DNA of 29,737 bases from a virus. Lineage: Duplodnaviria; Heunggongvirae; Uroviricota; Caudoviricetes. The stretch is from the IMG/VR virus record IMGVR_UViG_2541047877_000009; one strand, given 5' to 3'. The notes under the pieces are model-generated. The model searched no databases, was not told where the DNA came from, and saw only the letters and a program-made list of their open reading frames with translations. The position numbers were made by a program, and so were the translations under genes. This document shows positions 17,897 through 25,339 of the stretch, piece after piece. The stretch's first letter is position 1. The number at the start of each line of letters is the position of its first letter.

Positions 17897-18240
17897 CAGC
17901 GCGTTATCTCGGAATGAATCGCAGTGATGGCCTGACTGTCACTGACCTTGAGCATATCAGCCAGAGTATCGGCGATATCCTGCGCACACCGGTCGGCTCA
18001 CGGGTGATGCGTCGTGATTACGGCTCGTTGCTGGCGTCAATGATTGACCAGCCGCAGACCCCGGCGCTTGAGTTGCAGATTAAGGTCGCCTGTTACATGG
18101 CGGTGCTGAAATGGGAACCCCGCGTCACCCTGTCATCCGTCACCACTGAGCGCAGTTTTGACGGGCGAATGACAGTTACGTTAACCGGCCAGCACAACGA
18201 CACCGGCCAGCCACTTTCGTTAGCCATCCCTGTGAGTTGA
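17893..18240 (+). CDS. W: Baseplate protein gpW (T4 gp25-like)
   Basis: 115-aa ORF; GGGAG SD; overlaps the V stop. Confidence 0.85.
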   Translation: MTARYLGMNRSDGLTVTDLEHISQSIGDILRTPVGSRVMRRDYGSLLASMIDQPQTPALELQIKVACYMAVLKWEPRVTLSSVTTERSFDGRMTVTLTGQHNDTGQPLSLAIPVS

Positions 18241-18244
18241 AACC

Positions 18245-19153
18245 ATGCCGATTATCGACCTGAACCAGCTACCTGCACCGGATGTGGTCGAGGAGCTGGA
18301 CTTTGAAACCATTCTTGCCGAACGCAAGGCGACACTGATTTCCCTTTACCCGGAAGACCAGCAGGAGGCGGTCGCCCGTACCCTGACGCTGGAATCCGAG
18401 CCTCTCGTCAAACTGCTGGAGGAAAACGCTTATCGTGAGCTTATCTGGCGTCAGCGTGTGAATGAGGCCGCACGGGCGGTGATGCTGGCCTGTGCCGCGG
18501 GTAATGACCTTGATGTGATTGGTGCCAATTACAACACCACGCGTCTGATTATCACCCCGGCAGATGATTCGACTATCCCGCCGACACCGGCAGTGATGGA
18601 ATCTGACACCGATTATCGTCTGCGTATTCAGCAGGCGTTTGAAGGTTTAAGCGTCGCCGGGTCAGTGGGAGCCTATCAGTATCATGGTCGCAGTGCCGAC
18701 GGGCGTGTCGCGGATATCTCTGTCACCAGTCCGTCTCCGGCCTGTGTCACTATCTCTGTGCTGTCTCGCGAAAATAACGGTATCGCATCCGAAGACCTGC
18801 TGGCGGTGGTGCGCAACGCCCTTAATGGTGAGGACGTCAGGCCGGTGGCCGACCGCGTGACCGTGCAGTCTGCCGCCATCGTTGAATACCAGATAAACGC
18901 CACGCTTTACCTTTACCCTGGTCCTGAAAGCGAACCCATCCGCGCTGCTGCCGTGAAAAAACTGGAAGCGTACATCACGGCACAGCACCGGCTGGGGCGC
19001 GACATCCGTCTGTCTGCCATTTATGCCGCTTTGCATGTGGAAGGCGTGCAGCGTGTCGAGCTGGCCGCACCACTGGCCGACATTGTGCTCAACAGTACGC
19101 AGGCGTCTTTCTGCACCGAATACAGCGTCGTGACCGGAGGCTCGGATGAGTGA
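18245..19153 (+). CDS. J: Baseplate wedge protein gpJ
   Basis: 302-aa ORF, the length I recall for P2 J; synteny. Confidence 0.85.
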   Translation: MPIIDLNQLPAPDVVEELDFETILAERKATLISLYPEDQQEAVARTLTLESEPLVKLLEENAYRELIWRQRVNEAARAVMLACAAGNDLDVIGANYNTTRLIITPADDSTIPPTPAVMESDTDYRLRIQQAFEGLSVAGSVGAYQYHGRSADGRVADISVTSPSPACVTISVLSRENNGIASEDLLAVVRNALNGEDVRPVADRVTVQSAAIVEYQINATLYLYPGPESEPIRAAAVKKLEAYITAQHRLGRDIRLSAIYAALHVEGVQRVELAAPLADIVLNSTQASFCTEYSVVTGGSDE

Positions 19154-19757
19154 TTCGCGCCTGCTGCCGACCGGCTCATCACCGCTTGAAGTTGCCGCCG
19201 CAAAAGCCTGTGCGGAAATTGAAAAAACGCCGGTCAGTATTCGTGAGCTGTGGAACCCGGACACCTGCCCGGCAAATCTGCTGCCGTGGCTGGCGTGGTC
19301 ATTTTCGGTTGACCGCTGGGATGATAAGTGGCCGGAAGCGACAAAACGCGCTGTTATCCGCGATGCGTATTTCATTCACTGCCATAAGGGCACTATAGGC
19401 GCAATCCGGCGTGTGGTGGAGCCGCTCGGCTATCTGATTGAGGTAAGGGAGTGGTGGCAGCTCAACGAGGAGCCGGGGACGTTCCGTATCGTTGTTGGCG
19501 TGCTTGAGCAGGGTATTACCGAAGAAATGTATCAGGAGCTGGAGCGCCTCGTTGCTGATGCAAAACCGGCAAGCCGCCATCTGACGGGACTGGCTATCAG
19601 TTTAAGTACAAACGGCAACATTTTTGCCGGTGCGGGATGCTATCACGGCGACGCCCTGACGGTTTATCCCTACACCCCGGAGGCCATTATTGTCGGAGGG
19701 GATTATTTCCCGGCCTCGGCCATTCATTTAATTGATAACCTGAGAGTAAACGCATGA
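19146..19757 (+). CDS. I: Baseplate protein gpI
   Basis: 203-aa ORF (longer than the about 176 aa I recall for P2 I); GGAGG SD; overlaps the J stop. Confidence 0.8.
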   Translation: MSDSRLLPTGSSPLEVAAAKACAEIEKTPVSIRELWNPDTCPANLLPWLAWSFSVDRWDDKWPEATKRAVIRDAYFIHCHKGTIGAIRRVVEPLGYLIEVREWWQLNEEPGTFRIVVGVLEQGITEEMYQELERLVADAKPASRHLTGLAISLSTNGNIFAGAGCYHGDALTVYPYTPEAIIVGGDYFPASAIHLIDNLRVNA

Positions 19758-21040
19758 CAGTGAAATACTACGCCATTCTGACTAATCAGGGCGCAGCACG
19801 GCTGGCTAACGCGACGATGCTCGGCAGTAAGCTGAATCTGACGCAAATGGCCGTTGGTGATGCGAATGGTGTCTTGCCGACACCAGACCCGGCACAGACA
19901 AAACTGATTAACCAGAAACGCATCGCGCCGCTGAATCTTCTGAGTATTGACCCGAACAACCAGAGCCAGATTATTGCGGAGCAAATCATCCCTGAGAACG
20001 AGGGCGGATTCTGGATCCGTGAGATTGGGCTTTATGATGATGAAGGCGTACTCATTGCGGTGGCGAACTGCCCGGAAACGTACAAACCGCAGTTGCAGGA
20101 AGGCAGTGGTCGTACCCAGACTATCCGCATGATTCTGGTTGTCACGAATACCGAAGCCATCACGCTGAAAATCGACCCGTCGGTGGTACTGGCGACCCGT
20201 AAATACGTGGATGATAAAGTCCTGGAATTAAAGCTGTATGTGGATGACCAGATGAGAAACCACATTGCCGCACAGGATCCTCATACCCAGTATGCACAGA
20301 AACATAATCCGACATTTACCGGAGAACCAAAAGCGCCGACGCCTGCCGCAGGAAATAACACCACGCGGATTGCGACCACTGCGTTTGTACAGGCCGCTAT
20401 TACCGCTCTGATTAACGGTGCCCCTGACACGCTGGACACACTGAAAGAAATTGCCGCAGCTATCAACAATGACCCGAAATTCAGTACCACCATTAACAAT
20501 GCGCTGTCAGGTAAGCAGCCACTGGATGAGACGCTGACTCATTTGAGTGGAAAGGATGTTGCTGGTCTTCTCGCATACCTTGGTTTGGGAGAAGGCTCTG
20601 CATTACCTGTTGGGGTGCCTGTTCCGTGGCCTTCAGCCACTCCGCCAACAGGCTGGCTGAAATGCAACGGTGCGGCTTTTTCTGCTGAAGAATACCCGGA
20701 ACTGGCAAAGGCTTACCCGACAAATAAATTGCCTGATTTACGTGGTGAGTTCATTCGTGGCTGGGATGACGGAAGAGGAATAGATACTAACCGTAGCTTG
20801 CTTTCGTCACAGGGAGATGCCATTCGAAATATAATTGGTGCATTAGTGGATGTCAGGTTTAATACCTACCCTTCTGATTCTGGCGTTTTTACAACCAGCG
20901 TCATCGGAGATGCTTCATCTGATTCAATTAAAGGTGGTTATGCAAAGCAAGTAACATTCGATGCTTCCAGAGTTGTTCCAACTGCAAACGAAAACCGACC
21001 TCGTAACATTGCCTTTAATTATATCGTGAGGGCTGCCTGA
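19754..21040 (+). CDS. H: Tail fibre protein gpH in its current orientation; C-terminal about 150 aa lie inside the invertible segment
   Basis: 428-aa ORF with N-terminus MTVKYYAILTNQGAARLANA... typical of P2-family tail fibres; the crossover site at 20568..20593 falls at codons about 272-280. Confidence 0.85.
   Translation: MTVKYYAILTNQGAARLANATMLGSKLNLTQMAVGDANGVLPTPDPAQTKLINQKRIAPLNLLSIDPNNQSQIIAEQIIPENEGGFWIREIGLYDDEGVLIAVANCPETYKPQLQEGSGRTQTIRMILVVTNTEAITLKIDPSVVLATRKYVDDKVLELKLYVDDQMRNHIAAQDPHTQYAQKHNPTFTGEPKAPTPAAGNNTTRIATTAFVQAAITALINGAPDTLDTLKEIAAAINNDPKFSTTINNALSGKQPLDETLTHLSGKDVAGLLAYLGLGEGSALPVGVPVPWPSATPPTGWLKCNGAAFSAEEYPELAKAYPTNKLPDLRGEFIRGWDDGRGIDTNRSLLSSQGDAIRNIIGALVDVRFNTYPSDSGVFTTSVIGDASSDSIKGGYAKQVTFDASRVVPTANENRPRNIAFNYIVRAA
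20568..20593. repeat. Left 26-bp recombination crossover site (hix/gix-like) inside H
   Basis: TTCTCGCATACC-TT-GGTTTGGGAGAA: imperfect palindrome with half-sites TTCTCnnAwACC around a 2-bp core, the DNA-invertase crossover-site architecture; encodes LLAYLGLGE in the H frame. Confidence 0.7.
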
Positions 21041-21642
21041 TGAATAAAGCCGTATTAAATAACGAACTCATTGCCATAAAAGCGGGAGACATTACCATTT
21101 ATAATTATGATGGTGAAACGCGGGAATATATTTCCACATCAACTGAATATCTTGCGGTTGGCGTCGGTATCCCGGCATGTTCTTGTTTAGATGCACCAGT
21201 TACACATAAAGCTGGTTATGCAATCTGCCGTTCTGCAGATTTTAACTCATGGGAATATGTGCCAGACCATCGCGGTGAAATCATCTATAGCACCGAAACA
21301 GGAGAATCGAAAGAAATCACAGCTCCGGGTGATTACCCTGAAAATACAACCACTATCGCCCCGTTAACGCCATATGATAAATGGGATGGTGAGAAATGGG
21401 TGACGGATACTGAGGCACAGCATAGTGCCGCAGTAGACGCAGCAGAAGCACAGCGCCAGTCACTGATTGATGCAGCAATGGCTTCCATTAGTCTGATTCA
21501 GCTGAAATTACAGGCCGGACGGAAACTGACGCAGGCAGAAACAACCCGACTTAACGCCGTGCTGGATTACATTGACGCGGTGACGGCAACAGATACCAGC
21601 ACAGCGCCGGACGTCATCTGGCCTGAACTGCCGGAGGCGTAG
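21040..21642 (+). CDS. G: Tail fibre assembly chaperone (Tfa, gpG-like), variant 1
   Basis: 200-aa ORF directly after H; C-terminal region AVLDYIDAVTATDTSTAPDVIWPELP mirrors that of the opposing Tfa. Confidence 0.8.
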   Translation: MNKAVLNNELIAIKAGDITIYNYDGETREYISTSTEYLAVGVGIPACSCLDAPVTHKAGYAICRSADFNSWEYVPDHRGEIIYSTETGESKEITAPGDYPENTTTIAPLTPYDKWDGEKWVTDTEAQHSAAVDAAEAQRQSLIDAAMASISLIQLKLQAGRKLTQAETTRLNAVLDYIDAVTATDTSTAPDVIWPELPEA

Positions 21643-22054
21643 GCCATTCAATATCTGGCGCACCGGAAGTATCGACCAGTTCCAGTGCGTCCAGATAATC
21701 CAGCCACAAATTATATTGCGCCAGTTCCCCACCTTTCAGGCGACCAATCGCCGCTTTACCAGGCCATTGCTTACTGTTTATGTATTCGTTGACCTGATTA
21801 ATCAATTGCTGCTTTTCCAGTTCGGCTGCGGCAATTTGTTCCTCATGAGTTGGCGGTGGAATATCAATCCATGCAGGCATTCCGTCGATGACACCTCTGT
21901 ATTTTCCTTCTGGTGCTTCCTTCATAAATTCGGCGGCAACAGTGTCGTCAATTTCGATTCCATCACCGGGCCATTCGCCGGATTCCTGATAAGCGATTTT
22001 AAGCTCCACAGGGAAAAACGCATTTTTATCGGCACTGAAAATATATTTCTGCAT
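21614..22054 (-). CDS. Tail fibre assembly chaperone, variant 2 (expressed after inversion)
   Basis: 146-aa minus-strand ORF with C-terminus LWLDYLDALELVDTSGAPDIEWPTPP paralogous to the plus-strand Tfa; its 3' end overlaps G convergently. Confidence 0.75.
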   Translation of the reverse strand: MQKYIFSADKNAFFPVELKIAYQESGEWPGDGIEIDDTVAAEFMKEAPEGKYRGVIDGMPAWIDIPPPTHEEQIAAAELEKQQLINQVNEYINSKQWPGKAAIGRLKGGELAQYNLWLDYLDALELVDTSGAPDIEWPTPPAVQAR

Positions 22055-22056
22055 TT

Positions 22057-22414
22057 CTACCGTCCTATCGAAATATAACTGAATCTGTATTGCTGTGAGA
22101 TATCACTGGTTGCCACACGCCACGCTGAATTACTGATATGTTCAAAATTTACAGACAAAACCTGCGGGGCAGGATTCGACGGGTCTGACTGAACGGCATC
22201 AGACATAACACTGACTGAAACCATCGGCTGATTAGGGAATGGTATAGGGAAGTGTCCACTGATAAAGCGGGTCGTGTTTCCTGAAAAAGTGCCAAACTGA
22301 ACAATATATCCACCTGGTAGCCTGAACCATCCCGAACCAGAAGCGAATGCTCCCATATCCGGTATCTGATTATCTCCTGTGCCCACATCCCTTTTCGCCG
22401 CTTCTCCTAAACCA
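22057..22414 (-). CDS. Promoterless alternative tail-fibre C-terminal segment (Hc'), fused in frame to the H N-terminus after inversion
   Basis: Minus-strand reading frame is open from the right crossover site (encoding FINVGLGE, matching LLAYLGLGE at the left site) to the stop at 22057; no independent start needed; Gly/Ser-rich tip-like sequence. Confidence 0.7.
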
Positions 22415-22427
22415 ACGTTTATGAAAA
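22402..22427. repeat. Right 26-bp recombination crossover site, inverted relative to the left site
   Basis: TTCTCCTAAACC-AA-CGTTTATGAAAA; its reverse complement ...GTTGGTTTAGGAGAA aligns with ...CTTGGTTTGGGAGAA of the left site in the same reading frame; core TT/AA is in inverted orientation. Confidence 0.7.
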
Positions 22428-22481
22428 TGCAGAAATAACGAGCAAATGGCATCATTCCTGCTTTTGTCAGGGAGAGCTACC

Positions 22482-23075
22482 ATGCTTATTGGCTATGTAC
22501 GCGTGTCAACAAATGACCAGAACACCGATTTGCAACGTAATGCACTGAACTGCGCGGGATGTGAGCGGATTTTTGAGGATAAAATCAGCGGCACGAAGTC
22601 CGACAGGCCGGGACTGAAAAAACTGCTCAGAACATTATCAGCAGGTGACACTCTGGTAGTCTGGAAGCTGGACAGGCTGGGGCATAGTATGCGGCATCTG
22701 GTCATTCTGGTTGAGGAACTGCGCGAACGCGGTGTTAATTTTCGCAGCCTGACGGATGCCATTGATACCAGCACGCCGATGGGGCGTTTTTTCTTTCATG
22801 TGATGGGGGCCCTGGCTGAAATGGAACGAGAACTCATTGTCGAGCGGACTCGGGCCGGGCTGGAAGCGGCCAGAGCCAAAGGTCGTATTGGTGGCAGACG
22901 TCCTAAACTCACCACGAGTGAGTGGGAGCAGGCCGGGCGTTTGCTGGCTGCAGGGGAGTCACGTCAACGCGTGGCACTGATTTTTGATATTGGTCTGTCC
23001 ACGCTCTATAAAAAATTTCCCTCATCAGCGACAAAGAATAAATTGTGTCATCCCTTAGCCAACCGGGACAAATAG
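22482..23075 (+). CDS. Serine DNA invertase (Hin/Gin/Pin/Cin family, resolvase-invertase fold). ORF track start 22446; MLIGYVRVST at 22482 preferred (GGAGAG SD).
   Basis: N-terminal catalytic motif MLIGYVRVSTNDQ with the conserved serine, then resolvase-domain motifs and a C-terminal HTH (GRRPKLT...); about 197 aa; directly beside a crossover site. Confidence 0.9.
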   Translation: MLIGYVRVSTNDQNTDLQRNALNCAGCERIFEDKISGTKSDRPGLKKLLRTLSAGDTLVVWKLDRLGHSMRHLVILVEELRERGVNFRSLTDAIDTSTPMGRFFFHVMGALAEMERELIVERTRAGLEAARAKGRIGGRRPKLTTSEWEQAGRLLAAGESRQRVALIFDIGLSTLYKKFPSSATKNKLCHPLANRDK

Positions 23076-23134
23076 CCTGACATCTCCGGCACAACTGAAA
23101 ATATCACTCACCCATTAACCACGGAGTTAAACGG

Positions 23135-24325
23135 ATGAGTGACTATCATCACGGCGTGCAGGTGCTGGAGATTAACGACGGCACCCGCGTCATTTCCACC
23201 GTATCAACTGCCATTGTCGGCATGGTCTGCACGGCCAGCGATGCGGATGCGGAAACCTTCCCCCTCAATAAACCGGTGCTGATTACCAATGTGCAGAGTG
23301 CAATTGCAAAGGCCGGTAAAAAAGGCACGCTGGCGGCGTCGTTACAGGCCATCGCTGACCAGTCAAAACCGGTCACCGTTGTCGTACGTGTGGAAGACGG
23401 CACCGGCGACGACGAAGAAACGAAACTCGCGCAGACCGTTTCCAATATCATCGGCACCACCGACGAAAACGGTCAGTACACCGGACTGAAAGCCCTGCTG
23501 GCGGCGGAGTCGGTAACCGGTGTTAAACCGCGTATTCTCGGCGTGCCGGGACTGGACACCAAAGAGGTGGCTGTTGCACTGGCATCAGTCTGTCAGAAGC
23601 TGCGCGCTTTCGGGTATATCAGCGCATGGGGCTGTAAAACCATTTCCGAGGTGAAAGCCTACCGCCAGAATTTCAGCCAGCGTGAGCTGATGGTCATCTG
23701 GCCGGATTTCCTCGCATGGGATACGGTCACGAGTACCACCGCCACCGCGTATGCCACCGCCCGTGCGCTGGGACTGCGTGCCAAAATCGACCAGGAGCAG
23801 GGCTGGCATAAAACGCTGTCCAACGTTGGGGTGAACGGTGTTACCGGCATCAGCGCCTCTGTATTCTGGGATTTGCAGGAGTCCGGCACCGATGCTGACC
23901 TGCTTAACGAGTCAGGCGTCACAACGCTGATTCGCCGTGACGGTTTCCGCTTCTGGGGTAACCGTACCTGCTCTGATGACCCGCTGTTCCTCTTTGAAAA
24001 CTACACCCGCACCGCGCAGGTGCTGGCCGACACGATGGCTGAGGCGCACATGTGGGCGGTGGACAAGCCCATCACCGCAACGCTGATTCGCGACATCGTT
24101 GACGGCATCAATGCCAAATTCCGTGAGCTGAAAACAAACGGCTATATCGTGGATGCGACCTGCTGGTTCAGCGAAGAATCCAACGATGCGGAAACCCTCA
24201 AGGCCGGAAAACTGTATATCGACTACGACTATACCCCGGTGCCTCCTCTCGAAAACCTGACCCTGCGCCAGCGTATTACCGATAAATACCTGGCAAATCT
24301 GGTCACCTCGGTTAACAGCAATTAA
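23135..24325 (+). CDS. FI: Contractile tail sheath protein FI
   Basis: 396-aa ORF, the length I recall for P2 FI; GGAG SD; followed by the tail tube gene. Confidence 0.9.
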   Translation: MSDYHHGVQVLEINDGTRVISTVSTAIVGMVCTASDADAETFPLNKPVLITNVQSAIAKAGKKGTLAASLQAIADQSKPVTVVVRVEDGTGDDEETKLAQTVSNIIGTTDENGQYTGLKALLAAESVTGVKPRILGVPGLDTKEVAVALASVCQKLRAFGYISAWGCKTISEVKAYRQNFSQRELMVIWPDFLAWDTVTSTTATAYATARALGLRAKIDQEQGWHKTLSNVGVNGVTGISASVFWDLQESGTDADLLNESGVTTLIRRDGFRFWGNRTCSDDPLFLFENYTRTAQVLADTMAEAHMWAVDKPITATLIRDIVDGINAKFRELKTNGYIVDATCWFSEESNDAETLKAGKLYIDYDYTPVPPLENLTLRQRITDKYLANLVTSVNSN

Positions 24326-24337
24326 GGAGCCTGACCG

Positions 24338-24856
24338 ATGGCAATGCCGCGCAAACTCAAGTTAATGAACGTCTTTCTGAACGGCTACAGCTATCAGGGC
24401 GTTGCAAAGTCCGTCACGCTGCCAAAACTGACCCGTAAGCTCGAAAACTATCGCGGTGCGGGGATGAACGGCAGCGCACCGGTAGACCTCGGCCTTGATG
24501 ACGATGCGCTTTCAATGGAGTGGTCGCTCGGTGGCTTCCCGGATTCGGTTATCTGGGAGCTTTACGCCGCAACCGGTGTGGATGCCGTGCCGATTCGTTT
24601 TGCAGGCTCTTACCAGCGCGACGATACCGGCGAAACGGTGGCCGTCGAAGTGGTCATGCGTGGACGTCAGAAAGAAATCGACACCGGCGAGGGTAAACAG
24701 GGAGAAGACACCGAGTCGAAAATCTCCGTGGTCTGCACCTATTTCCGGCTGACGATGGACGGTAAGGAGCTGGTCGAAATCGACACCATCAACATGATTG
24801 AGAAGGTGAACGGCGTCGACCGGCTGGAGCAACACCGCCGAAATATCGGCCTGTGA
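24338..24856 (+). CDS. FII: Tail tube protein FII
   Basis: 172-aa ORF, the length I recall for P2 FII; AAGGAG SD. Confidence 0.9.
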   Translation: MAMPRKLKLMNVFLNGYSYQGVAKSVTLPKLTRKLENYRGAGMNGSAPVDLGLDDDALSMEWSLGGFPDSVIWELYAATGVDAVPIRFAGSYQRDDTGETVAVEVVMRGRQKEIDTGEGKQGEDTESKISVVCTYFRLTMDGKELVEIDTINMIEKVNGVDRLEQHRRNIGL

Positions 24857-24912
24857 TTTTCATCCGGTCAGCCTGGCTGACCGGTTAACCCTGATTCAGA
24901 AGTGAGAAAACC

Positions 24913-25188
24913 ATGAACAAAGAAAATGTGATTACCCTGGACAATCCGGTCAAGCGTGGTGAGCAGGTTATCGAACAGGTCACGCTGATGAAGCCCAATG
25001 CCGGGACGCTGCGCGGTGTCAGTCTGGCTGCGGTCGCAAACTCCGAAGTCGATGCACTGATTAAGGTGCTGCCGCGCATGACGGCACCGATGCTGACCGA
25101 GCAGGAAGTCGCCGCGCTGGAACTGCCTGACCTTGTGGCGCTGGCCGGTAAGGTGGTCGGTTTTTTGTCGCCGAACTCGGTGCAGTAA
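24913..25188 (+). CDS. E: Tail assembly chaperone gpE (in-frame product)
   Basis: 91-aa ORF directly upstream of the tape-measure gene. Confidence 0.8.
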   Translation: MNKENVITLDNPVKRGEQVIEQVTLMKPNAGTLRGVSLAAVANSEVDALIKVLPRMTAPMLTEQEVAALELPDLVALAGKVVGFLSPNSVQ

Positions 25189-25339
25189 CGTTCCCGAAAA
25201 ATCTCTCGGTCGATGACCTGATGGCGGATGTGGCAGTGATATTTCACTGGCCGCCATCAGAACTGTATCCCATGAGCCTGACCGAACTCATCACATGGCG
25301 CGAAAAGGCGCTCCGGCGAAGCGGAAACACGAATGAGTA
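24913..25339 (+). CDS. E': gpE+E' fusion made by programmed -1 ribosomal frameshift near 25161..25167
   Basis: Slippery run GG TTT TTT G at 25159..25167 near the end of E; the -1 frame is open from there to a TAA at 25337..25339 overlapping the T start, giving a product of about 142 aa. Confidence 0.65.

Larger units (their letters stand above)
20581..22414. other. Invertible tail-fibre host-range segment (about 1.8 kb) bounded by the two crossover sites
   Basis: Contains the H C-terminal variant and Tfa (plus strand) facing a second Tfa and a promoterless alternative H C-terminus (minus strand), with the serine invertase gene immediately adjacent; same architecture as the Mu G and P1 C segments. 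Confidence 0.65.

Noticed and set aside
22057-22455. ORF-track call of a 132-aa protein starting at an ATG at 22455 on the minus strand
   Set aside because: The ATG lies upstream of the crossover site and has no promoter context. The frame is better explained as a promoterless alternative tail-fibre C-terminus used only after inversion, annotated here as 22057..22414.
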